From contig CM026548.1 in assembly GCA_014905635.1 (NCBI GenBank), forward strand, positions 248,001 to 312,000: a stretch of DNA of 64,000 bases. Direction: 5' to 3'. The position numbers and the translations under genes are program-made. Under the pieces are notes generated by a model. That model saw only the letters and a program-made list of their open reading frames with translations, had not been told where the DNA came from and did not search any database. Source of the stretch: Scenedesmus sp. PABB004. Lineage: Eukaryota. This document shows positions 1 to 10,232 of this stretch, piece after piece; position 1 is the stretch's first letter; each line of letters starts with the position of its first letter.

Positions 1-2079
1 GCGCACGCCAAGCCCTCGCGCTCCCCGCACCTGGAGCTTGTCGTCGTCAGCGATGTCATTGTGGATGTCGTGGGTCACGCCCTTGAGCGCGGCGTTCCTG
101 CGCGGCCGACCGGCGCGCGGCACGCGGTGTCAGCGGCGCGGCCGGCGCGCGGCGCGCACGCCGCGGGCCGCCGCGCCCTGCCCCGCGCGCCGCGCGCCGC
201 GCCGCGCCTGGCGCGCTTGAAGAAGGCACCGATGCTGCGGTCGGCCGGGTCGACCTCCACGGGGCCCAGCGCCGCGTCGACGCGCTTCTGGAAGGCGTCC
301 TCCTCCACGTCCTTGTGCCCCGCGCTGCCCTCGCCCTTGGGCAGCGTAGAGTGCTGCTCGTCGTACTCACGCACATACTTGCGCATGACGGGCCAGAGCG
401 CGAGCGAGCCCAGGATGCCGGCGCCGGCGGCCGCGACGGCCGAGATCCACGCGGCGGTGTTGACGTCAATCTTCACAATGGCGCGCACGCCCTTGGTCTG
501 CGCGGCGACGCGCGGCGCAGGCGGGCGGGCGCGGGCGCGCTCGGCCGCGGCGGCGCGCAGCGTGCGGCCGGCGTGCGGCGTGCGCCGCGGCGCCTCCTTG
601 TGCCCCCCGCGGCCGCACGCACCAGGATGAAGAACAGGGAGACAAAGATGGTGGCGAATATGAGGAAGGGCAGCACCCAGAACGCAATCTGCGCGCCGCG
701 GGGGCCGCCGCGCGGTCGGCGGCCGCGCCGCGACGCAGGAGCCCCAGGCGCGGCGCCGCGACCCGCGCGCGCGCGGCGGCGCGCGCGCGCGCGCGCGGCG
801 CCGCGCCTTGGTGGAGTTGGCGCGGCGCAGCACGAAGGTGCGGATGACGAGGAAGAAGATCAGGCAGAAGATCGCCGCCGCGGCGGGGGAGAGGAACCAG
901 GAGATGACGATCGGCACGATGCCGCCGACGTAGGGGAAGTCGGCCTGCGGTTCAGGGCGAGCGGCGGCGCGGGGCGGCGTGCTGAGCGGGCGCGCTGAGC
1001 GGGCGGCGGCGGGCGGGGGCCGCGCGCGCGTGTGCGGGCCTGGCGGCGGCAGCGGGCGCGGCGCGGGCGCACCTTGGGCTCGTACCACACAACCGCACTG
1101 GGGCCGCCAAAGGCCATCGCAAAGCCAATGACACCGCCGATGATGGAGTGCGTGGTCGACACGGGCAGCTCAAAGTAGGTGGCCGTCCTGGCGGGCGGTG
1201 GCGGCGGCGGTGGCGCGCGTCGGCGGCGGGCGCGGCGGCGCCAGGGCGCGTGCCCGCGGGCACACAGCGAGGCACGACGACGAGGCACACAGCGGGCTAG
1301 CGCGCGCGGCACACAGCGGGGGACGGCGGGCGCAGGGAGCGTGCTCACAGGATCCAGATCATGGACGCCGTCTCGGCGGTGAGCATGCCAAACATGAAGA
1401 GCGCGGGGTAGTTCTTGAATGTGCTGGTCTTGGCGATCGACCCCGCGATCGTGCGCGTGACCTGGCCGCCGAGCGTGATGGCGCCGAGCATCTCAAACAC
1501 TGCGGCGATGCAGACCGCGCTCCAGAGCTTGAGCGTCTTGGAGCCGACCGATGTGCCGAACGAGTTGGCCACGTCGTTGGCGCCTGCGCGCGCGCGCCGG
1601 GGGATTGGCGGCAGGCGGGCGGGCGGCGGGGGCGTGCGCGTCACGTCCACCCGCGCGCGCGGCTGTCCAGCAGCGGCCGCTCCAGGCGGAGCGGCCGACA
1701 GCCCGGCGGCGCGGCCCCCAGGGGCGCGCACCGATGCCGTAGGCATCGAGCCAGGCCACAATGCCGTGGATGACGATCATCCATGTGTACTCCTGCAGGG
1801 GAGGGCAGCAGAGAGGGCGGCGGCGGCTCGTGGGAATCGGGCGCCGCGCACGCCCAGCCGCCGCCGCCGCCGCCCCGCGCACGCCCTCCCGGCCGCTGCG
1901 AGGCGCGGCCGCCGTGTCGAGCGCCTGTCCCAGGCCGCGCGCGAGCTGTGGCGCGCGGCTCGGGGCGCGATCCAGGCCGGCCAGGGCTTCGAGGCGCGCG
2001 CGGGGCACTGACGCCCCGTGCGCCTGCTCCGTCCGCGCCCGCCCTGCGCCGCGCGCCCGCAGCGCACCGCCCACGCCAT
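1..2079 (-). CDS. PTB: PiT/PHO4-family (Na+)/phosphate symporter, spliced; 3' end runs off the window
   Basis: Spliced reading MAWA|EYTWMIVIHGIVAWLDAYGIG|ANDVANSFGTSVGSKTL contains the PiT signature GANDVAN. Later exons give LPVSTTHSIIGGVIG and SWFLSP. ATG at 2079-2077. Confidence 0.93.
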
Positions 2080-2773
2080 GGCGACGAGCTTGTGGAGATC
2101 GCGGAGGGGAGGGGCGAGCGGGGGGCGGCGGGCGGCGGGTACCGCTCGGAGAGGTGGAGGATGGGCGGGGAAAGGGCGCGCAGGGGCGCGGCGGCTGGCT
2201 GTGCGCGCTCAGGGCGCGCCGCCGCCGCACGGCACATGCGGCGTGCTCATGACAGCTGCCGTCGGCATATGCTGAGCGTAGTAGCATGTTTCGCTGGAGC
2301 GCGTGCGTCGCCTGGTCGTCGCGACGGGGACGACGCTCACACAGAGCCCAGCGTCCTCGGCGCTCGCCGGGCACCAGCGGCGCGCCGCCGGCCGGCAGCT
2401 GGCCGGCAGCTGGCTGGCAGCGACCGGTGACGCCCCAGGCTGTGAGGCTGCGGCGGCGCGCCAACCCAACGGGCAGCCCTTGGGGCAGCTGCGGTGCTGT
2501 GTCAGCCGAGCTGGTCAGCCAGAGTTAACAGCGCAGCGCGCCACTCTCGAGCCACCACCCGCCCGCACGGCGGCGGCTCTGACCAGAGCACCGCCGCGCG
2601 CGGTGGTGTGCCGCGCGGCACAGCAGGCGCATGCCCTAGTCTAATGTACAGGCGATCGATGCACGCGCTCACCACCACCGCAGCATCCCCGTCAGCGCCT
2701 GCGGGCGCGCGCCGCGGGCGCGCGCGCCTCAGCCCAGCGCCGCCGGCGCGCTGCGGCCGGGCGCGGCGCGTGC
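2010..2773. repeat. Direct repeat copy A (PTB promoter, exon 1 and start of intron 1)
   Basis: Near-identical to about 3385-4151; the core (about 2110-2555) is essentially identical, and identical ORF translations appear at both places in the track. Confidence 0.95.
2265..2272. promoter_or_regulatory. P1BS-type element (GNATATNC) upstream of the phosphate transporter
   Basis: GCATATGC lies about 186 bp upstream of the PTB ATG and matches the PHR1/PSR1-family binding consensus. ATAT is scarce in this GC-rich DNA. Confidence 0.6.
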
Positions 2774-2867
2774 GCTGCTTGGGGAGGCGGCGGAGGGCAA
2801 AGGCAGGGCCGGCGACGGTCGGGCGCCGGCGCTGCGGCGGGCTGCAGCCCGAGCCGTCACCCAAACT

Positions 2868-2896
2868 CGGCGGTGAGTCACCGTGACTCACCGCCG
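2868..2896. repeat. Perfect 14-bp inverted repeat with 1-nt spacer
   Basis: CGGCGGTGAGTCAC-C-GTGACTCACCGCCG. Confidence 0.95.
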
Positions 2897-2909
2897 GTGA
2901 GGCGCGGAG

Positions 2910-3390
2910 ATTCATGTGTCCAGCGCGCAGCGGGGGCGCAGCTTGGCGGCGGGTCAAACTGTCCACAGCCAGCGCAGCGTATCAACACAAGAAGAACGCC
3001 AGGGGCACGCACAGCAGCAACAGAGCGCGCGCCGCACGCGCAGCGCGCAACCCCTGGACCACCACCCCGCAGACCCCGGTCGCGTGCCGCCGCCGGCGCG
3101 CTCACAGGTTGGGCTCGAGCGCGCGCCCGGGGCCCTTGTCCCAGCGCGGCATCGACTTCTCGGCGTCGGCGTCGGAGCTCCAGAGCGTGTTGAAGAGCAC
3201 GGTGGAGAGGTAGCGCTCGCCAAAGCTCGGCAGCACCGTGACGATCAGCTTGTCCTTGTTCTCGGCGCGCCGCGCGACGCGCAGCGTTGCCGTGACCGCC
3301 GCGCTGCGCGAGGCACGGGGCGGCGGCGTCGGCGCGGGCTGCGGCGACGCGCGCGGGCGGCCCGGCGCGGACCAGCACCTCTGCTGATGC
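2910..3390 (-). pseudogene. Duplicated 3' fragment of the cysteine synthase gene (last intron, last exon, 3' UTR)
   Basis: Matches about 14827-15326 and encodes the same [31 protein letters not shown]...EPNL* C-terminus. It lacks the PLP-binding N-terminal part. Confidence 0.9.
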
Positions 3391-4151
3391 CCCGCGCCTG
3401 CTCCGTCCGCGCCCGCCCTGCGCCGCGCGCCGTCGGCGCACCGCCCACGCCATGGCGACGAGCTTGTGGAGATTGCGGAGGGGAGGGGCGAGCGGGGGGC
3501 GGCGGGCGGCGGGTACCGCTCGGAGAGGTGGAGGATGGGCGGGGAAAGGGCGCGCAGGGGCGCGGCGGCTGGCTGTGCGCGCTCAGGGCGCGCCGCCGCC
3601 GCACGGCACATGCGGCGTGCTCATGACAGCTGCCGTCGGCATATGCTGAGCGTAGTAGCATGTTTCGCTGGAGCGCGTGCGTCGCCTGGTCGTCGCGACG
3701 GGGACGACGCTCACACAGAGCCCAGCGTCCTCGGCGCTCGCCGGGCACCAGCGGCGCGCCGCCGGCCGGCAGCTGGCCGGCAGCTGGCTGGCAGCGACCG
3801 GTGACGCCCCAGGCTGTGAGGCTGCGGCGGCGCGCCAACCCAACGGGCAGCCCTTGGGGCAGCTGCGGTGCTGTGTCAGCCGAGCTGGTCAGCCAGAGTT
3901 AACAGCGCAGCGCGCCACTCTCGAGCCACCACCCCGCCGTGGCGGCGGGGTGGTCTCTGACCAGAGCACCGCCGCGCGCGGTGGTGTGCCGCGCGGCACA
4001 GCAGGCGCATGCCCTAGTCTAATGTACAGGCGAGCGATGCACGCGCTCACCACCACCGCAGCATACCCGTCAGCGCCTGCGGGCGCGCGCCGCGGGCGCG
4101 CGCGCCTCAGCCCGGGGCCGCCGGCGCGCTGCGGCCGGGCGTGGCGCGTGC
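3385..4151. repeat. Direct repeat copy B of the PTB promoter and exon 1, including a second P1BS at 3639-3646 and ATG at 3453
   Basis: Near-identical to 2010-2773 with a few SNPs and indels near the ends. Confidence 0.95.
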
Positions 4152-4226
4152 ATGCTGTGCGTGGCGCGGCGCGCGCTGCGGGGTGCGGGTGCGGCGGGCT
4201 GGCGGCGTGCCGGCGCGGCGGCGCTG

Positions 4227-5252
4227 CTACTTGAGCTTGACGTAAATGATGAGAAAGATAGCGGCGATCAAAAAGGCGGCAATGCCAAACATAATGATCT
4301 TGTTTGCCACGATGCGCTTGCTCATGGTCCCCAGCACCTTGCGCGCGCGGCTGATGTTGTCGTCCGCGCCGTGCAGCGTGTCGCGCGCGTGCACGATCGT
4401 CTCGCGCTGCCGCGCCAGGTCCTGCAGGATCGTCACGCCCAGCTCCTGCGCGCGCGCGGCGCGCGGCGCCGGGCGGCGCGCGTGGTGAGCGCCGCCGCCG
4501 CCGCTGCCCGCAAAGCCGCGCCGCGAGTGGCTCGCGCGGGGCGCCGCCGCCGCCGCCGCCGCCGCCGCACCTCGGTCTCGGCGAGCTGCTGCTTGCCGAC
4601 CTGCAGCCGGTCGCTCGTCTTCTGCAGCCGCTCGGTCGACGCGAGCACGCGCTCGCGCTGCCCCGCGCTCGTGGAGTAGTAGCCGTCGCCGAGGCCGAGC
4701 TCCGCGCGCGCGGCGGCGTCGCCGCCGAGCTCGCCCGCCGCCGCGGCCTTGAGCTGCTCGCGCAGGCTCGCCAGGTCGGCCTTGTACTCCTTGACCTTGA
4801 CCAGCAGCCCGCGCGAGCGCTCCGCCGCGAGGCTGCGCGCCTCCATGTCCAGCCGCTTCACCTGCGAGGCGCGGCGCGGGAGGCGCGTCGGGCGTGTGGG
4901 CGCGCCAGGCCTGCCGCTGCTGCGCGCGCCGGCCGCGAGTGGCCCCCGGCCCTGCTGCTCACCACGCTGTCCGCTTCCCGCACGTCCGCCTCTATCTCCG
5001 ACACCTTCTTTCGCCGCAGCTCTGCGCGCGGCGCACGCAGAGCAGTGCGGCGCTCGGCGCCCGAGCAGCGGCGGCGCAGGCGCGGCGCGGCGCGGCGGCG
5101 GCGCGCCAGGCCCGTCGCCGCCCCCGGGCGATCCCAGCGGCGTGCCCACCTCCCGTGAGGCCCGCGAGGGAGCTGATTTTGCGGGAAATGTCGGTCGACT
5201 TGTTGCAGTAGTCCTGTTCATACTGGTGGAACAGCGCCGTGGGGTCCTCCAT
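4227..5252 (-). CDS. VTI1: Qb-SNARE vesicle transport protein VTI1, spliced
   Basis: MEDPTALFHQYEQDY..., VKEYKADL, QRERVLASTERL, ETE|LGVTILQDLARQRETI...SRARKVLGTMSKR, followed by a C-terminal TM helix. Confidence 0.93.
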
Positions 5253-5688
5253 GGCGCAGCCCGCTGCTGCGCTGCGCAGCTCAGCGCTGGCACGCGAGCG
5301 AAGGCGGGCGGGGCGCGGCGACGCGGGCAGAGACCGGTGGGCTGCGCGCGTGCAGGGCGACGGGCTCAGCGCGCGGCGGGGAGGCAGCGGTGTCGCTCGT
5401 CGTGGGGCGGTGTGGCGGTGTGGCGGAGCGACGGGGCGCTGCGGGTCGACCGGCGGCGACAGCGGTTCGTGGCGCAGCGGCCGTCGCGACGACCGCCCTC
5501 CTGGCTCCCTGCGAGCGACATGGCTCGTTCACACGCGCCCGGCCGCTCCACAGCGCTTCCCGCCAGCGACGTCGCCCGCTGCGGCGGCGACGCGCGCACC
5601 ACACAGCCCGCGGTGCGGCGGCCGCTGCTGTGCGCGCCGCGCCGCCACACCGGCGGCGCCACGCCCGCGGCGGCGCCGCGCCAGCGCC

Positions 5689-8530
5689 ATGCCCCAGACC
5701 ACGGGCCGGCCGCCGCGTGGCGGCGGGCACGGCGGCGGGCGCGGCGCGGGCAGCGGCGGCGGGCGCGGCGCGGGCAGCGAGGCGTGGCAGGCCGTCGGGG
5801 GCGGGTTCAGCGCGAAGAAAAAGAAGGACTACCTCAAGTGGAAGCGCAGCAGAAAGGCAGCGGCCGCGGGCAACGACAGCGACGGCGGAGCGAGTGAGGC
5901 GGCAGCCGGCGCCCCGCCGTCGGGCGCGGGGCCGCCGCGCTCGCGCACACCGGCGGCGGCGGCGGCCGACCCCGCGGCGGCGGCGGCGGTGGCGGCGGCG
6001 CCCGCCGGCAGCTGGGCGCCGGGCGGGCCCGACGACCCGACGCTGCCGCTGCGCTTCCGGCCGCTCGCGGCGGTGCCGGCGGCGCCGTTTGCCGTCGGGC
6101 CGCTGGACGCGGGCGGTGGCGCAGACGGGGCGGGCGCCGTGGCGCTGATGCCGCGGCTGGACCCCGCAGAGGTGGGGCACACGCCGGAGGAGGGCTGGGC
6201 GCTCGGCATGCCGACGCGCCCGGCGTGGCAGGTGCGGCGGCGGGCGCCGCGCGGGCAGCGGCGGCGCGCGGGGCGGCGCGCCTGCGGCCTCACCTTCCGC
6301 CGTGCGCACGCGCGTGCAGGGCGTGGTGAGCAGCGCGGAGGAGCTGCACGCGCTGGAGGAGCGGGAGTTTGCGGCGTGGCAGGACGCGCTGCTCGCGCGC
6401 GCGGGCGTCGAGGGCGTCGAGGGCGGCGGCGCCGGCGGCGCGGCGCCCGCCGCGCCGCCGGGCCCGCTGCCGGCGGCGGCGCCGGCGCGCGGCGGCGGCA
6501 CCGCGCGCGCCGGCGGCGTGGGGCGGCTGAGCTTCTACGAGGGCCGGCTTGAGTTCTGGCGCCAGCTCTGGCGCACGCTGGAGCTGAGCGACGTGGTCGT
6601 CATGCTGCTGGACGCGCGGTGAGAGAGCGCTCCGGGGCAGCATGCCGCGCGCAAAAGCGGCAGGCCCCGCGCCCGGCGCGCCGCCGCCCGCCGGCGGGCC
6701 GTGTCGCCGACGCCGCCACGCCGCCGCGCCGCCGCGCCGTTGCGCCGCCGCGCCGCCGCGCCGCTCGACGCTGCGGCGCAGCAACCCGCTGCTCCACTTC
6801 AGCCACGCCCTCTACGCCCACGTGTCGGCGCGGGGGCTGCCGCTGGTGCTGGTGCTGAACAAGTGCGACCTCGTGCCCGCGGCGGCCGCGGCGGCGTGGG
6901 TGGCGTGGCTCGAGGCGTCGCTGCCGGGCGTGCGCGTCGTCGCCGCGTCGGCGGCGGAGGGCCACGCCGCCGCGGCGGCGCGCCGCGTGCTCGGCGCGCT
7001 GCTGGGCCTGACCGTCGAGCGCGGCGGGCGCCGCGTGGGCGTGGGAGAGTTTGTGGGCATGGGCGCCGGTGCGTGCGCGGCCGCGCACGTGGGGCGCGCG
7101 GGACTGGCCTCGGGCGGCGCCCGGCCGCCGCGGCGCGCTCAACCCCCTGCCGCGTCGACGGCGCGCCGCAGACGAGCTCGCCGCCGCGTCGGCGCTGCGC
7201 AACACGCACGCCAAGCGGCACCTGGGCGGGCGGGGCGCAGAGCCGCAGCGAGGCGACGCGGGCGCGCCCGGCGACGCCGGCGGCGCCAGCGACGTGGACG
7301 AGCTCGGCAGCGGGGCATCGGACTCGGACGGCAGCTGGAGCCTGCGGCCGGGCCGCGGCGCGAGGGCGGCCAAGCGCGACGGGCGGCGCAGCAAGGCCAA
7401 GCAGCACCAGCAGCAGCAGCAGGCGCGGCAGGAGAGGCGGCAGCGCGCGGCAGGCGGGCGCGGGGCGAGGGCCGCTGCGGCGGCGGGGCGCAGCGACGGC
7501 TCCGACGTTGGCGGCAGCAGCAGCGAGGAGGAGGACGAGGACGAGGAGGAGGAGGAGGAGGAGGAGGGCGAGGCGCTGGGCAGCGAGGCAGGGAGAGAGC
7601 ACAGTGACCTGCTGAGTGCTCTCACGCTCGAGCGCCAGCTGTCGAGCGCGGCCGGCGGCGACGAGGCCCGCGCCGGCGCGGCGGCCTGGGCGGACGACAG
7701 CCGGCCTATCGTGATCGGCCTGCTTGGCGAGCCGAACACGGGCAAGAGCTCCACGCTGAACGCGCTGCTCGGCACGCACCGGTGCGTGCGTGCGTGCCAA
7801 CCGGCGCGGCGCGGCGCCGCGCGCCGGGCGGCCCGCCGACGCCGCCGCTCGCCGCCGCTCGCTAGGGTCGCGGTGTCCAGCCACCCGGGGCGCACAAAGC
7901 ACTACCAGACGCACTGGATGACAGACCGCCTGGTGGGGCGCAGCGGCGCGCGTGTGTCAGCCACTGTGCGCCGCGGGGCTGCTCTCACGCGCGCCGCCGC
8001 ACCCCTCACCCGGCGCCCAACCGCCACCACCGCAGGTGCTGTGCGACTGCCCCGGCATCGTCTTCCCGCGGCTGGACGTCTCGATGTCGATGCAGGTCCG
8101 GCCCCGCCCGGCGGCGGCAACGGCGGCGCGCGCGGCCCGCCAGCGCGCGCCCGCGCCTCTGATGATGCCCGCGCGCCCTCCCGTCTGCGCCTCACAGGTG
8201 CTGTTTGGGTCGTACCCGATCGCCAGCTGCCGGCAGCCCTACGCGGTCCTGCGCTACCTGGCCGAGGCCTCCTGGCCGCGCCTGCACGAGCGCCTCGGCC
8301 TGGCGCCGCCCGGCGCGGCCTGCTCGCCGGAGGGCGCGGCGGGTGGCGGCGGTGCAGAGGTGGAGGAGTGGTCGCCGTGGCGGCTGGCCGAGGCGCTCGC
8401 GGAGAAGCGGCGCTGGGTGCTGCCGCGCGGCGGGCGGCTCGACACGTACCGCGCTGCCAACCACGTGCTGCGCGCCGCGCTCGCGGGGCGCGGCGGGCTG
8501 GGGCTGGCGTGGCTGCCGCCGGCGGAGTGA
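5689..8530 (+). CDS. GNL1: Circularly permuted (YlqF/YawG-type) GTPase, GNL1/LSG1-like, spliced
   Basis: FWRQLWRTLELSDVVVMLLDAR; G4 LVLNKCD precedes G1 GEPNTGKSS; VSSHPGRTKHYQT; G3 LCDCPGIVFP; GRLDTYRAAN. N-terminal FSAKKKKDYLK resembles GNL1. Confidence 0.85.
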
Positions 8531-8695
8531 GGGGCGGGCGGCCGGGTGAGTGCCGCGGCGCGGCGCGGCGCGGCGCGTGTGACGGTTGCCAGCGGACGCA
8601 CCACTCGTCCGCTCTCTCGGCGGCGCCCCCGCTCGCGCCGCCCGCTCTCTCGCCGGCGGGGGCGCAGCGCGCTGCCCTCTCTCCGCTCCCTGCCC

Positions 8696-10036
8696 TCACA
8701 GCACGAGGGCGATGCCGATCGCTGTCGCGGCCGCCGCGACGGCGGCGGTGAGCACGCGCTCCGCGACCTCCACGTCCCGGCCCAGCTCCGCGCCCGCGGC
8801 CGTGAGCACGTTGGCGGCCGCCGGGTCCGCGAGGTGCGTCACCAGGTTGGCCCAGGGGCCCTGCCCCGTTGCGACGGCCTGCGCGCCAAAGCCGAGCATC
8901 GCCAGCATGGCCAGGCGGCCGTGGCGCAGCTCGCTCTCCTTGTAGCGCCCCACCGCGGAGCTGGAGGTGACGTAATCCAGGCAGTTGAAGATCGGCCCGC
9001 CAGGGTAAGCTGCGGCGCCGCTGCCCGCAAAGCCGCCGGCGAGGCCGGGCCGATTCGACGGCAGCAGCGCCTGCAGCGGCGCCGCCATGCTGCCGGGCGC
9101 CGCGTAGTCGGCGGCGCGCGCCGCCTCGGCCGCGGCCATCAGCACCGCCTGCAGCGCGAAGAGGCTCGTCGGCGACGCCCAGTACTCGGGCGGCGGCAGC
9201 CCGCCCGCGGTGTCCGCTGGCGGCAGCCAGCCGGTCGACCACCACGGCCGCCCGCCGCACGCCTCGGGCAGCACGCACCCGACCGCCCCGAGCATCGCCC
9301 AGCGCCCGTGCAGCACCTCCGACGTCGCGAGCCAGCGCTGGCTGAGCCCGCCGCTGGGGTCAAAGAGGCCGAGCGGGTCAAACCCCTGGTCGCCGGGCAG
9401 GCTGCCGTCGAGGTACTCCAGGCTGTGCGCGGTTGGCAGCAGCAGCAGCTCGCCGCTCGCCAGCCGCTCCTCCGACGACCGCGGCGCGCGCACCGGCGGC
9501 GCGGGCAGGCCGGCGCCGGCGAGCGCGCCGGCGTTGGCGGCCGCCGCCGCCGCCGCGGGCGCCGCCGCCGCCGCCCAGGCCGCCGCGCGCGCGCGCAGCG
9601 CGGCCGGGCTCCAGGGTGGCGCGGCGCCGTCGCCCGCGCCGCCGGGCGGCGGCGCGGGGCCCGGCGACGCCGCGCGCGCGCGCGGCGGCGGCGGCGGCAG
9701 CGTCGCGGCGAGGCCGCCCGCGGCCGCGGCGGCCGCCACCACGGGCATGCCGCGCCCGCCCGCAAAGCCGCGGGCGCCGCCCAGCCCGCCGCCGCCCGGC
9801 GCCGCGCTCGGCGCGGGCGCGGGCGCGCCCGCCGCGCTGCCGCCCGCAAACGACTGCGCGCGCGGGCCGGCGCCGCCGCGGCCCGCGCGTGCGCCGCCCG
9901 CGGCGCGCGTGCGCCACGCGTCGGCGCCGCGGCCGCTGCCGCCGCCGCCGCGGGCGCCGTCGAGGTCATACACCCCCGCAAAGCCCTTGACCCGCCCGCC
10001 GATCAGGTCACCTTCGTCACCCTTGATGCGTGACAT
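8696..10036 (-). CDS. Divergent chlorophyll a/b-binding (LHC) protein; start either ATG 10036 or ATG 9748
   Basis: [76 protein letters not shown], all in one uninterrupted frame. Confidence 0.9.
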   Translation of the reverse strand: MSRIKGDEGDLIGGRVKGFAGVYDLDGARGGGGSGRGADAWRTRAAGGARAGRGGAGPRAQSFAGGSAAGAPAPAPSAAPGGGGLGGARGFAGGRGMPVVAAAAAAGGLAATLPPPPPRARAASPGPAPPPGGAGDGAAPPWSPAALRARAAAWAAAAAPAAAAAAANAGALAGAGLPAPPVRAPRSSEERLASGELLLLPTAHSLEYLDGSLPGDQGFDPLGLFDPSGGLSQRWLATSEVLHGRWAMLGAVGCVLPEACGGRPWWSTGWLPPADTAGGLPPPEYWASPTSLFALQAVLMAAAEAARAADYAAPGSMAAPLQALLPSNRPGLAGGFAGSGAAAYPGGPIFNCLDYVTSSSAVGRYKESELRHGRLAMLAMLGFGAQAVATGQGPWANLVTHLADPAAANVLTAAGAELGRDVEVAERVLTAAVAAAATAIGIALVL

Positions 10037-10232
10037 GTGGCGCTGCCGCTGCGCGCGGCGCGGCGCGGCGCGCGGGCGAGGGCGAGGCGCGCGGGTGAGC
10101 CGCGCGCCGCGCGCCGCGCGCCGGCGCGGCCGCGCCTGCGTGCGAGCCGCACGCCGCGCGCCGCGCACGCGCCGGCGCGCCGGCGCACCGGCGCCGCGCC
10201 CGCCCCGACTCACCCCCGCCGCCGCGGCGCGC

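Noticed and set aside
1259..1322. Three copies of GGCACACAGCG in a PTB intron
   Set aside because: Short, irregularly spaced local slippage with no further structure.
2868..3390. Helitron or Pack-type transposon call for the captured OASTL fragment
   Set aside because: No CTRR terminus next to the hairpin, and no terminal inverted repeats, target-site duplication or transposase were seen.
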